The translations under genes were made by a program, and so were the position numbers. A DNA stretch of 62,566 bases from Octopus sinensis. Taxonomy: Eukaryota. The DNA is taken from NCBI RefSeq assembly GCF_006345805.1, contig NW_021834327.1:1-62566 (forward strand), in the 5' to 3' direction. The notes under the pieces are model-generated. The model was not told the DNA's origin. It did no database searches and worked only from the letters and a program-made list of their open reading frames with translations. Below are positions 12,435 to 25,225 of the stretch, one piece after another (positions within the stretch are counted from its first letter, which is position 1; every line of letters starts with the position of its first letter).

Positions 12435-12816
12435 ATTATTGTACAGAATGTAATGTCAGTTCTATGAATTTACAACGGCAGCGGCGGCGGCGGCGGCGGT
12501 GGCGGTGGTTAGCCTCCATCTCAACCATGGTTAAGCTGGCCCGTGGTCAAATGCATTCCAGCCATGACCATTTCAGTTATTCATCGTATGTAAGAAACCC
12601 CGGATCGCATAATCCAACATGCCCTCATTTAACAATATACAGTATGATTGAAGAGGGAATTGTCTGGTATTTCTCGCAGGTTGTGTAACCACACAGAGGC
12701 GGTTCTACCGTCATGAGTGTGTGTGTGTGCGTGTGTGTGTGGGGGGATCAGAATGGAAGGAAGGAGAAAGAGTGAGAGTCAAATAAACAGACTACCAATC
12801 CCAGGTAAATACACAC

Positions 12817-12982
12817 AGGCGCAGGAGTGGCTGTGTGGTAAGTAACTTGCTAACCAACCACATGGTTCCGGGTTCAGTCCCACTGCGTGGCATCTTGGGC
12901 AAGTGTCTTCTGCTATAGCCCCGGGCCGACCAATGCCTTGTGAGTGGATTTGGTAGACGGAAACTGAAAGAAGCCTGTCGTA

Positions 12983-13043
<61 letters not shown>

Positions 13044-13262
13044 ATGTGTGTGTGTGTGTATGTGTGTGTGTTTATGTGTGTGTGTTTGTCCCCCTAGCAT
13101 TGCTTGACAACCGATACTGGTGTGTTTACGTCCCCGTCACTTAGCGGTTCGGCAAAAGAGACCGATAGAATAAGTACTGGGCTTACAAAAAATAGATTTG
13201 CTCGACTACAGGCGATGCTCCAGCATGGCCGCAGTCAAATGACTGAAACAAGTAAAAGAGAG
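12817..13262 (+). mobile_element. SINE family A, full length
   Basis: AGGCGCAGGAGTGGCTGTGTGG...GAAACAAGTAAAAGAG. Confidence 0.92.
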
Positions 13263-13389
13263 TATATCTACACATATCTATGTACCTATGGTTACCAATG
13301 ACCTCATTCTAATTGACGGGAATTGTAAGTTCACTTTCAATTTCTAACACCGTCTTTCACCAAGATAACAAAAAAAAATAGCGACACAT

Positions 13390-15324
13390 CTTTTTCAAAT
13401 ACGGTCGACAGTCAAGCATTTATTCCCTACAAACTGTGAGTTTTTTGTTAATCTTCTTAAAACACATTTACTTGGTGCCCCTATAATGGTCATTCGAAAT
13501 TTGGTTCCGCCGAAACAATGCACGTTTGATCGTTAAGTCCTTATCTCCCAATCTGGTTGATCCCACGATAATCACAGAGTGCGATCGAGACAAGGTTGTG
13601 CTCAGACCGAGGATGCATCTTTTCCCATCAGGAGCAGACCTACCTTTCACATTTCGGAGGTCCCAGTTCCCAGTCAGGCCATGCTTCGCAATGTCAATTA
13701 GCAAAGGGCAGGGGCAAACGCAGTCTGTCGCGGGAATACATTTGGGGGAGCCGTGTTTCTCTCATGGTCAGCTTTACATTGGCTGCTCGCGTGTGGGCAG
13801 CAACTGTGATACTTTTGCGTTCGTTCCACAAGGAAAAACAAAAAAACATTGAGTACAAGGAGGTTTTATAGGATTACTTCGCTTCCTAATTTTTAAACTT
13901 GAAAAATTTTTTTCAATTTTTGCCTTTTCGTCGGTAATTTTTAAGTAGGTGTAGATTAATATTCATTGCAGTGCACTTGACACTCCCAGCCATCGGCCGT
14001 AAAAAGGCTGATTCTCGCGGCGTTACAAAGCTTCATTACAAATCAGACCCTGCTCTTGTTCCTCACCAACCCACATTCGGCGGGCATCAGAGGACCGTAG
14101 ACAGGTTAGTATTTCACTTCCGTACGACTCTCAAAGAGTCAACAATGCTTTTATGACGAGATTTACATTTTTAGGTTGTTCCCTGAAATTACTTTACACT
14201 TCACCAACACCTAGCCTTCGCTCAGGTGTTGGTCCCTTTCGTCAGCACAGCAGCCTCATCTTCTACATCCGATGTACATGATACACATCCCCCATCCATC
14301 TCCTCTCTCACCATTACAGTTTACATCAGCGGCAACAGGATCGCAACATACAATTTGAAAACCAAGCAACCAAACAACATATCATTTTATACAACCACAA
14401 ATGTAATAATAACGACGATCAATGAAACAAATGGATAAAAATAATTACATGAAGTAACTATCTCTTACACGCCATTACATTTTACATCAAATAACAAAAC
14501 TTAAAAAGTCGATAAAACTAAATACATACATCCCCTCTCTCTCGCCATTATATTTTACATCAAATACAAAGTATTCAAAAGCAACAGGTCATTTTAGACA
14601 ACATCTCGACGAAAGAGCAGTTGTGATTCATCTATTCAGCACATATTTCTTTACTACCCACAAGGGACAAACGGATTAAGTCGATTATATCGACCCCCAG
14701 TGCGTAACTGGTACTTAATTTATCGACCCCGAAAGGATGAAAGGCAAAGTTGACCTCGGCGGAATTTGAACTCAGAACGTAACGGCAGACGAAATACGGC
14801 TACGCATTTCGCCCGGCGTGCTAACGTTTCTGCCAGCTCGCCGCCTATTCAGCACCACTACAGTCTTGCCGGTCTGATATATGGGGAGTAGATGCTATTG
14901 TTGTATATTTTCAAACTTACCCGTATTTACTTACTCAAGATTAATCCTCCTCTTTCCTCCATAGGACATCTATTCTGGTTTCACAGAGCATGAAGTTTTG
15001 TAACAGCACGTCCGCTGCCGTTCGTGGAAAAGGAAGGCACCGTATTCCCCTGCGAAAGTTTTACTCACCCTCCCAGGACTACCTACCAAATTGTTACAAC
15101 TGTGAGAACGATGACACAGCCATTTCAGGGCCACCTCACATTCAATTGTTAACCCCTTTCTGAGAGTGTTGCAATGCTCTTTGCAGGGCTTTCTATCCAG
15201 TTGCAAATCGATTGGTTGACCGTAAACTTATATCAATCTTTGCCTCAATAATCATAATTGAGTAGAATCATTAAGAGTACTTTAAAGCAATTAAGCCCCG
15301 AGCAACGCCGGGCACTTCTGCTAG
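13390..15324 (+). mobile_element. Helitron 3' portion (PIF1-like helicase C-terminus, frameshifted) with terminal hairpin and CTAG
   Basis: LGAPIMVIRNLVPPKQC, then FRRSQFPVRPCFAMSISKGQGQT...FSHGQLYIGCSRVG (helicase motifs V/VI), stop at ~13871; CCCGAGCAACGCCGGG hairpin at 15297-15312 and CTAG ending at 15324, followed by T. Confidence 0.88.
14643..14844 (-). mobile_element. SINE family B nested in the Helitron
   Basis: TSD CTATTCAGCAC at 14632-14642 and 14845-14855. Confidence 0.9.
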
Positions 15325-15614
15325 TAATTGATCAAAGCCGGGTGGATTCGTTATTTTTTTCTCTTTACCTGCGTGAGTTGGGAGTATTGCTGTCTGGGAG
15401 ATATCTTATGGTAGTGGAATAGTATTTAACTGCTATTTCTAAATTTTGGTATGTGGTGAAGCAAATTTTGCTGAACCCTAATTACAATTATACTCATAAT
15501 TGGAAAATTTTATGTATAAGTTTACCGATAATGGTTCTTTTAACATACCAAACTACTTGGTAAAATTATTAATTATTAATTGATTTTACCCTTTATTATT
15601 ATTATTGATTATAC

Positions 15615-15717
<103 letters not shown>

Positions 15718-15914
15718 TGTTCTTTAACCTCAGTTGCTCCCTTATTTAATACCAGTTAAATCCATTTGATCAATCTCCATAGAAACCATATAATAAGTTA
15801 ATAATTTAGATAAGTAATAAGTAAATATTAAACTATTTCTTTGCAATTTTCTCTTCCTCCCTCTGTTGTGGTAAAAGTTTGGTATATACTCATTATCAGG
15901 CTGCTACTGATAAT

Positions 15915-15936
15915 GGTGGTAGCAGTAGTAGTGATA

Positions 15937-15993
<57 letters not shown>

Positions 15994-16035
15994 CAGCAGC
16001 AGCAGCAGCAGTAGTAGCAGCAGTAGTAGTAGTAG
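15915..16035. repeat. (TAG)n/(CAG)n microsatellite
   Basis: Directly visible. Confidence 0.97.
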
Positions 16036-16253
16036 TTTTAACCCAGATATGCTGTGCACAAGCACTCAACACAAATCTCTACACACAGCTCACCCTAATT
16101 TCTACATTCGTCACACAGCGCCACACCGCACCACACAAAGTACACCACACCATGGTACTGTACCCCACACCGAAGTAGACCACATCACTCTACACGACAC
16201 CACAGCCAACTACACCGTCCCATTGCTACAGTACAGCACATACACACCATACC

Positions 16254-16478
16254 TATTTCTTTACTACCCACAATGGGCTAAACACAGAGGGGACAAACAA
16301 AGACAGACAAACGAATTAAGTCGATTACATCGACCCCAGTGCGAAATTGGTACTTTATTTATCGACCCCGAAAGGATGAAAGGCAAAGTCGACCTCAGCG
16401 GAATTTGAACTCAGAACGTAACGACAGACGAAATACCGCTGAGCATTTCGCCCGGCGCGCTAATGATTCTGCCAGTTC
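16254..16478 (-). mobile_element. SINE family B, tail 1
   Basis: TATTTCTTTACTACCCACAATGGGCTAAAC...GCATTTCGCCCGGCG...CTGCCAG. Confidence 0.9.
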
Positions 16479-16480
16479 AT

Positions 16481-16572
16481 CATACCATTGACACACCATA
16501 CCATTGACACACCATACCATTGACACACCATACCATTGACACACCATACCATTGACACACCATACCATTGAC
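16481..16572. repeat. 16-bp minisatellite CATACCATTGACACAC, about 5.7 copies
   Basis: Identical units, period 16. Confidence 0.95.
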
Positions 16573-16672
16573 CCTTGATCCACAATGTAACAACTGTCTC
16601 AACCAAACATGTCGCAATGACATTGTTGTCGCGCGCATACACACACACACACACCCACACACACACACACAC

Positions 16673-16705
<33 letters not shown>

Positions 16706-17185
16706 TTTAAGGTTAATGTTTGATATGCTGTTTATGTTGTATTGCGCTTACTCTGCATTGTTCTCTATATTCGTGTTATTGTTATTGTTGCTGTCGTTAT
16801 TGTCAACCCTGACATTGTCCATTCACACTCTACTGGATTCTAAACACCAAAGCATGTAAAGTTAGAGACAAAAGCCACCTAAATAAAGCTTATCAATTTA
16901 TATGTATATATGTATGTATGTAGGATGTATTTGTGTATATATATATATATGTATGTGTGTATGTATATATATATATATACGTATGTTATGTATATATATG
17001 TGTATACATATATGTTTATATATGTATATATAGGTGTATTTATATATGTGTGTATATATATATATGTATGCATTATATAGTCAATTCATATAAACAATCA
17101 ATTCAAATAAAGGAATAATAAAATTAACAGACAAGAGGCTGCGCACAAACAATGTATTAAGCCTAACGCTCGGTAAAAAGAGAGT

Positions 17186-17222
17186 TCTTGACGTTTCGAG
17201 CGCGTAGCTCTTCATCGGAAAG
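17186..17222 (-). ncRNA. Minimal type I hammerhead-like motif, variant core
   Basis: Minus strand cttt-CCGATGA-a-gagc tacgc gctc-GAAAC-GTC-aaga: U4C, extra A before a 4-bp stem II, weak 3-bp stem I. Confidence 0.6.
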
Positions 17223-17330
17223 GAGAAAGGGAAAAGTCCGAAAAAGGAAAAGAAATTTTCAACTACACACGTGTGTGTGCGTGCGTGTGTGTGTGTGTGT
17301 GTGTGTGTATGTGTTCGTGTGTGTGTGTCT

Positions 17331-17570
17331 GAAGGCGCGTGGCCTAGTGGTTGCCTAGTAGTTGCACTCACGATCGGGAGATCGTGGGTTCGACGCCATG
17401 ACTGGGCGGTGCGTTATGTTCTTGAGCAAAACACTTCATGTCATGTTGCTCCAGTTCCCCCTTTTCGATCAGGGGTGGCTAATGTTGGCCTGCTTCGCTT
17501 AGCCAGCAGGGTGGCGTCATTTGAATGCAAAAAGCGATGCCTAACATCTGATAGCGTAGTCGGTCACGTG
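17331..17570 (+). mobile_element. SINE with family D head and a different body (F)
   Basis: GAAGGCGCGTGGCCTAGTGG...TTCTTGAGCAAAACACT...GTTGCTCCAG, then sequence unrelated to bodies C and E. Confidence 0.7.
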
Positions 17571-17620
17571 ACACACACACACACTCTGTCTTTCTGTCTG
17601 TCTCTCTCTTTCTTTCCCTG

Positions 17621-17693
<73 letters not shown>

Positions 17694-17879
17694 GTCTTCC
17701 TTTTTCTTAAAATATGAACTACTTGTATTAATATCAGTTTTGTTATTTGCATTGTATTATGTGTTTTTCGACTTGCACTGCTTACCGTGCATTCATTGAT
17801 TTTAGAGTTCAGAGAGTCCAAGGGGGAAACGCCCATTGACTCTATTGATACATCTCACCTGCTGCTCAGGTTCTTTGTC

Positions 17880-18240
17880 TTCGGAGGTCAAATTTAGAGC
17901 GGTGGATAGTTTGAGCCTTGAACTACTTGTTTCGTTTATTTGCATTCTGAGTTCAAATCTCACCGACGTCAACTTTGCTTTTCATCTTACCGGGATCGAT
18001 GAAATAAGTTACAAGCTAAACACTAGAGATCGACGTAACCGACTCTCTCTCTCCCCCCCTCTCTCTCTCTCCCTTTCTCTTTAAAATTGCAAGCCGTGTG
18101 CTAAAATTTGAACCCGCAGAGGCCGACTTTGTTTTTCATCCTTTCGCGGTCGATAAAATAAATACCAGTTGAGTACTGGGGTTCATGCAACCGACTTACC
18201 CACCCATTGCTGGCCTTGTCCCAAAATTTGAAATCAAATA
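17880..18240 (+). mobile_element. Two degenerate SINE family B copies
   Basis: GAGTTCAAATCTCACCGACGTCAACTTTGCTTTTCATC and CGACTTTGTTTTTCATCCTTTCGCGGTCGATAAAATA. Confidence 0.7.
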
Positions 18241-18421
18241 TTTTGTCTGATATAGGGAGACCCACTGATAGGCAACAATATACGAGTTTAAGACCCAGCG
18301 AAGATGGACAAGGAAAAGCGCCTCATAACATCAGGTGTTTCTCTCTTTATACTGAAAAGTTCTAAGGATCCAAAAGTACATTCTTCGGGTCACACACACA
18401 CACACACACACTAGAGAGAGG

Positions 18422-18464
<43 letters not shown>

Positions 18465-18902
18465 TAAGAACAATATGTTTATGGTGTAATAGTCTTTTTA
18501 AAAAAAAATTTGTTCCGTAATTAACCTTACCCATCACCACTAAGGCCATGCTGGAGCGCCACTACCGTGTGTGTGTGTGTGTGTGTGTGTGTGAAAACAC
18601 ACACACACTCACTATTTCCTCTCTTGCCTTGTCTCTTTCCCTTCTTCCTTTGTTTTGTTTTTCTTTTGTCTCTTCTTTGTTTATCATTGTTCCAGTCAAT
18701 ATTTACTAAACGTGACAATGAATTGTGTACTGTAACAGTATACACACACACACTCACTCACACACTAAGATATATATATAATATATATATATATATATAG
18801 TCTTTCAAATACACGCAAATGTGCTCAAAGACAACCGTATTCATGAAGTCAGCAGCGTACATACATACACACACTAGTATACATATATACATACACATAC
18901 AG

Positions 18903-18946
<44 letters not shown>

Positions 18947-19396
18947 ACTTAGATAGGCGCAGAAATATCATATATATATATATATATATATGCGCGTACC
19001 TTTATTCACACACTCTCAAAGTGGGTGCATACTCTTTCATACACACACACACCTCAAACACATCTCAAACACAATCGTACACACATACGCTCATAGCATT
19101 AATTCAAACGCTCTCAGACGAACTGCACACAGCGCGCGCGCGCACATCTTTATACAAGCAGTCACGTTTTCAAATCATTACACACAAACATATTCATATG
19201 TTTAAATAACCAGCCAAGAGGTGTCCGTAACGAACAGTAAACAGTTCATTATATATTAATTACAAGAGGGTGTTGACTGTAATGAAAGAGCAGGAGAGCA
19301 GGGAATGGGATGGTTATTTTCTATGATTTCATTTTAAAGAATTAACCACTATTTGGTTATAGATTAATACTATGGGTTAACATGCAGTTTACGGTA

Positions 19397-19804
19397 TCTC
19401 TTTTATCTCTTACTTGTTTCAGTCATCTAACTGCGGCCATGCTGGAGCACCACCTTTAGTCGATCAAATCGACCCCGGGACTTATTCTTTGTAAGCCCAG
19501 TACTTATTGTATCGGAATCTTTTGCCGAACCGCTAAGTTACGGCGACGTAAACACACCAGCATCGGTTGTCAAGCAATACTAGGGGGACAAATAGAGACA
19601 CACAAACACATACACACATACATATATGTATACATATATACGACAGGCTTCTTTCAGTTTCCGTCTACCAAATCCACTCACAAGGCATTGGTCGGCCCGG
19701 GACTATAGCAGAAGACACTTGCCCAAGGTGCCACGCAGTGGGACTGAACCCGGAACCATGTGGTTGGTTAGTAAGCTACTTACCACACAATCACTCCTGC
19801 GCCT
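19397..19804 (-). mobile_element. SINE family A, full length
   Basis: Reverse complement of the family A consensus. Confidence 0.92.
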
Positions 19805-21179
19805 AGTATAAAATGTGAAAACAAATTGTCCTAAAATAATGGAAATTGCGATGAAAACGGAAGTGACAACAGTGGCATCCCATAATTTCCTGTAAACAAC
19901 GTATGTGATGTAACCAACGCTTAGAATACACAATGCGGGGTGGGGGATGAAAAGTTCTTGACTTTAAGGGTGTTGTGAAAGGCCTGGCTGGAAGCCCAAC
20001 ATTCCGAGTTCTTTTATAGGGCTTAGAAAAACTGAAGGACTGCTGCAATAAGTGTGTGAATTTTACAGGGGAATATGTTGAATAAAATCATAATTAACTG
20101 ATCCTCCTGTCTTTTCTTTTAACCAAAGCCAGGAACTTTTCAGCAACCCCTGGTATGTGACATAGCCAATGTATATAGTATGTACATCACCGTTTCCCGC
20201 TGGTTCTTTCTGTACAGTTTCATTAATCATGCAGGTCATTAATCATTGCTCACATGTAAACTATGTTGGCTGTTATGCATCAACATGCAAACCACCGAAT
20301 TGCTTTCGCGATTGAGTTCATTCTTTAGTATAGTACATCGGAACGTTATACCTCAACTGCTATTTCTGAAATAGCAGATCATAAGAAAGTGCCATACATG
20401 TAGGTGCCTGTGAACGTGATATAACGAACGAGTTTTGTGTTCTATTTATAAAATTATGAGATGTCACTGCCATTGCTTACAGAGTCTATCGCAAATTACT
20501 TTCACTTTTTTTAGGACAAATTTACTTTACTTTCACATTTTTTACGGCTGTTTATTGCAGATGCCTTGTTGTTTAGTGATACATACACGCGCACGTGTGT
20601 GTATTTGTGTGTGTGTGTGTGTATATATATAAACGTGTGTGTGTATGTGCGTGCGTGTATGTGTATATATCTACTACATATGTGGAAAATCGGTGTTTGT
20701 TTGTTTGTGGCGTTGTTAGCTAACTCCTCCTACATCTTTTTCTTGATTTTGATGAAACTTGATACATAAGTAGAACTCATGTCTGGAAACCTCATGACAT
20801 ACTTAGATTATTGAAAACATCGATAATACGGCCTCTTGAAGGGACCTTTATATATACCTTATATAACTAATTTTTTAAACACCCAAGGGAAATAACTCAT
20901 ACCACCTACACAATATTTTTTAAACACTCAAGAGAAATAACCCCATTTCATTGTTTATGTTCGATTACTTTGAACCAACGATCAGCCGACCTAATTCTGC
21001 ATTTCACTACTCACAGTTTGAAACTGCTAAATATTATTGTTGCACTTTCTTAACTTGAATCTCTTCATTCATGCATTTCTATACATACATACTTTTTTGA
21101 ATGCCCATTACTCTGATAATTCTGCATTTTTTACAGTTTCACTTTCTCCATGACAGTAGATAATTTTTTTCCGCAACGT

Positions 21180-21370
21180 AATTGTTGTGGCTTCATGTAG
21201 GCATAGTGTGGATTCGATCCTCGATTGCAGGCCGATGACAGTACCGCTTGATTGGCACTCGTGCCAGTGGAACGTTAAAAGCACATCTGAGCGTGATGGT
21301 TGCCAGGGCCACGGATTGGCTCCCTTACCGGTGACACGTGAAAAGGACCATTCGGGCATGATCGTTGCAT
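21180..21370 (+). mobile_element. Old copy of the minisatellite-bearing RTE-tail SINE
   Basis: GTGCCAGTGGAACGTTAAAAGCAC and CCGGTGACACGTGAAAAGGACCAT resemble the units at 22936-23090. Confidence 0.55.
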
Positions 21371-22173
21371 GAAGACAAACTGGCCCAAATTTGACGAATA
21401 TATCTCATAAAAATAACACTTGCTTTATTTTCCCCTGAAACAGTCATCATGCGAACGAATGCCGTCATACATACATGCATACACACATACATGCATGCAT
21501 ACATACAGACAAATATCGTACATACATAGAAAACAAACATCGTACATAAACGACACGAAGACACAATGTTCTCCACTAGTTTCCTTTGGTTTTTCTTAGG
21601 ACTTAAGCACTGTCAACGGCTATTATTGTGTCTGTAAGAACAACATAAAAGAAAAAATAATCAACTCCGTTTTTTGTTGACAGCGACAACAGATGCCGCA
21701 ATTGTGTCGTCTGCTATGCTATGTCCTGACATTTTCAACTGTCAGCTTGGCCTCTGCGTACGTGCTTGTTGTGTGCGTATATCTATGTGTACGTGTGCAT
21801 GTGTGTGTGTTTCCACCCTTGTTCTTTGCTCTATATTCGTACTTTCTCTCTCCTGTCTCTCTTCCTCCCTCTGTCTTTCTCAGCTTGCGTGTGAGAGAGA
21901 AAGAGAGAGAGAGAGGGAGAGAGAGAGAGTGTGTGAGTTGATGTTTCTTCATCCTGTCATTTGAATTATGCATTGTATCTGTATATGTATTCCTGTATGC
22001 GTGCATGCGCGCGCGCGTGCGTGTGTGTGTATGTGTGTGTACGTATGAAGGTGTGTGTCTGTATGTATGCATGTGTACACGTATGTTCGCATTCATTCTA
22101 ACATTTTAACTTTGTATCGTCTGAAATTGTCGCATCTGTTTACCTGGACATGGCAGCAGCAGCAGCAGCAGCC

Positions 22174-22207
<34 letters not shown>

Positions 22208-22644
22208 GTGGTGGTGGTGGTGACAGTCGACTATGGGGATGTGAGCGATAGCAGGAATATCTCTAGTATTAAATATAGTGGTGGTAGCGCTTGTTATGTA
22301 GATGGTGACATTTGTAATAGGGTTGCGGATACAGTTGGCTCTATATGAAATTGCATGTATGAAATGTAGTAGTAGTAGTAGTAGTAGTAGTAGTTATGTA
22401 ATAGTTGTGTTAGTGATTGTTGCAGTAACGATAGTAGGTATATAAGCGGTTGACCTAGATCGTCCAGTTGACAAATTGCTCCTGTTATTATTTATTATAT
22501 TTGCTCAGGTTAGGTCGGATCGAACACAGACTTGTGATCAGAAGTATTGTGGTTTTAACTTTTATGACCGTCTTGTCATACCGACAACGACTGGAAATTT
22601 TAAGATCTTTGTAATGTGTAGGAAAAGCGAAATATTAATTGTGT

Positions 22645-22918
22645 TATAAGAAGCTTGCTTCTCAGCTGCATAGTTCAAGGTTCAGTTCCAATGCGTGGAA
22701 CCTTGGGCAAGTGTCTTCTGCTATAGCGCTTGGTCGACCAAAGCTTTGTGAGTGGATTTGGTAGACGGAAACTGAAAGAAGCCCGTCGTATATATATGTA
22801 TATGTACATATCTGTGTGAGTGGTGCTTTGTGTCTTTTGAGTTTGACCCCACTACCGCTTAGCAGTCTGCAAACTTAGCAGTTCGTAAGACTTGTTGGAA
22901 TAAGTACTAGGCTTTAAA
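22645..22918 (+). mobile_element. SINE family A, degenerate and 3'-truncated
   Basis: CCTTGGGCAAGTGTCTTCTGCTATAG...GGTAGACGGAAACTGAAAGAAGCCCGTCG. Confidence 0.8.
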
Positions 22919-22935
22919 AACGAATAAATACAAGG

Positions 22936-23258
22936 GTACCGGTGGCACGCAAAAAGCACCATCCGTTCGTGGCTGTTGCCAGCCCCGCCTGGCCCCTGTG
23001 CCGGTGGCACATAAAAAGCGCCATCCGATCGTAGCCGTTTGCCAGACTCGTCTGGCACCTGTGCCGGTGGCACGTAAAAAGCACCCACTACACTCATGGA
23101 GTGGTTGGCGTTAGGAAGGGCATCCAGCCGTAGAAACATTGCCAGATCAGACTGGGCCTGGTGCAGCCTTCTAGCTTCCCAGACACCAGTTGAACCGTCC
23201 AACCCATGCTAGCATGGAAAGCGGACGCTAAACGATGATGATGATGATGATGATGATG
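22936..23258 (+). mobile_element. 3' part of a SINE with internal 62/63-bp tandem units and an RTE-type tail ending in (GAT)n
   Basis: Units start at 22936, 22998 and 23061; tail GGTTGGCGTTAGGAAGGGCATCCAG...CATGGAAAGCGGACGCTAAACGATGATG. Confidence 0.8.
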
Positions 23259-23807
23259 TTTATTCCCTCGATTAACACCCTTCAAGGCGATGTCCCGGCA
23301 TAGCTGTAGTCCAGTGAATGAAGTAAAAGACGAATGATATTCTGCTCACCTTGGACTTCAAACGTCCGATCCTGTCTTCATTTAATCTAGAAATGATTGT
23401 CTCCCTTACGATAGCTGTCAACAGGGAGCACACCACCTATACACACACCTCCAAACACGGCTTTAAATGAAGGATATTAGGCTACTGTCTTTTGTAAAGT
23501 TTTGAGTGACGGCCTCCCAATTTGACTCATTAAATTGTCAACCATCACGCTCACAAACACAAACGCATACACACAGAGAAACACACACACACACAAGCAA
23601 GTACACAGATACTACAGTGTACGTACATGTACACATGCACTCATATACAAATATATATATATATATACACACACTCATACATACACAAACACATTCATTC
23701 AGCTCTGTACATGTGTGTGTGTATATGTGTGTGTGTGTCTTATTAAATATATGTGTGTGCATGTGTATATATATATATATAATACGTGTGTGTGTATGTA
23801 TAATAAA

Positions 23808-23857
<50 letters not shown>

Positions 23858-23914
23858 TATTTTATTATTATTATTATTTAATTGAATACAACGCATCCAT
23901 TTTGAAGTATATAG

Positions 23915-24292
23915 ATGTGGTTGTGTGGTAAGTAGCTTGCTTACCAACCACATGGTTCCGGGTTCAGTCCCACTGCGTGGCACCTTGGGCAAGTGTCTTC
24001 TACTATAGCTTTGGGCTGACCAAAGCCTTGTGAGTGGATTTGGTAGAACGGAAACTGAAAGAAACCTGTCGTATATATGATATATATATATGTATGAGTC
24101 TGTGTTTGTCCCCCCCCCCAACATCGCTTGGCAACCGATGCTGGTGTGTTTACGTCCCGTAACTTAGCGGTTCGGCAAAAGAGACCGATAGAATAAGTAC
24201 TGGGCTTACAAAGAATAAGTCCTGGGGTCGATTTGCTCGACTAAAGGCGGTGCTCCAGCATGGCCACAGTCAAATGACGGAAACAAAAGAAC
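23915..24292 (+). mobile_element. SINE family A
   Basis: Matches the family A consensus. Confidence 0.9.
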
Positions 24293-24755
24293 AAAACATT
24301 TTAAGGATCCGGACTAAAACATTTTTAAGGATTTTAAGGATATGTATACATATTATATGCATATGTATGTGTGTGTATGTATATACACAAACTTGTTGTT
24401 TTTGTTATTTAACCCTAGGTCAGCTACGATCCAGCATAAGTCGGTCATCAGTGACATCGCAGCTATGAGCAGCTACGAACTTGTCAATTAGTACATGTGG
24501 GACACACCCAACATCTCCTTTCTTTCCTGGTGAACTCGAATTAGCGACCAATTGTTCCTCTTTAAGGAATATTTTGCTATTTCGAATACACACACAGTCA
24601 TATCTATCATTTAAAAACGCGGCTATGGAAGATAAAAAACCACGCTCTCATTTCCCTGCACCGATCGTATTAAGCACACCGTATATAGGCTGTGGTATTA
24701 ACATGAAGATGCTGATGATTGCTACAACTAGTAGTAATAGTAGTAGTAGTAGTAA

Positions 24756-24820
<65 letters not shown>

Positions 24821-24934
24821 ACAGCAGTGTTTAATCACTGATAACAACCACTACCACTATCACCTATTACTTTCAGTGTTTTTACGCTTCTTTGTCTGAA
24901 TGTGTGTTACGCATATCTATCTGTATGTGTGTTA

Positions 24935-24972
<38 letters not shown>

Positions 24973-25094
24973 TATATTATATATATGAGCGGTTAATATT
25001 ATGTGTGTGAGTGTCGTGTATGTATATTTGTTTATATATAAATATTATGTAAGTGTGTGTGTATGGTGGTGGGGGATTAAATTCTGAATGGTAA

Positions 25095-25225
25095 TAATAA
25101 TTAAAGGCACACGGCCTGAAATTTGGAGGGTGAGAGACTACATAGACCTCCCCACCCCACTCCAGTGTTTCACTAGTACTTGATTTATCGACCTCCGAAA
25201 GGATGAAAGGCAAAGTCGACCTCAA
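25095..25225 (-). mobile_element. SINE family B 3' fragment (tail 2)
   Basis: GGCACACGGCCTGAAATTT...TTTATCGACCTCCGAAAGGATGAAAGGCAAAGTCGACCTC. Confidence 0.75.

Noticed and set aside
16481-16572. CRISPR-like appearance of this array and of 45156-45221 and 35749-35806
   Set aside because: These are head-to-tail repeats with no unique spacers, in eukaryotic DNA.
20690-21080. Possible second HINE/DINE-like or MITE element (GATTTTGATGAAACTTG, AAGGGAAATAACTC)
   Set aside because: No termini or terminal hairpin could be defined.
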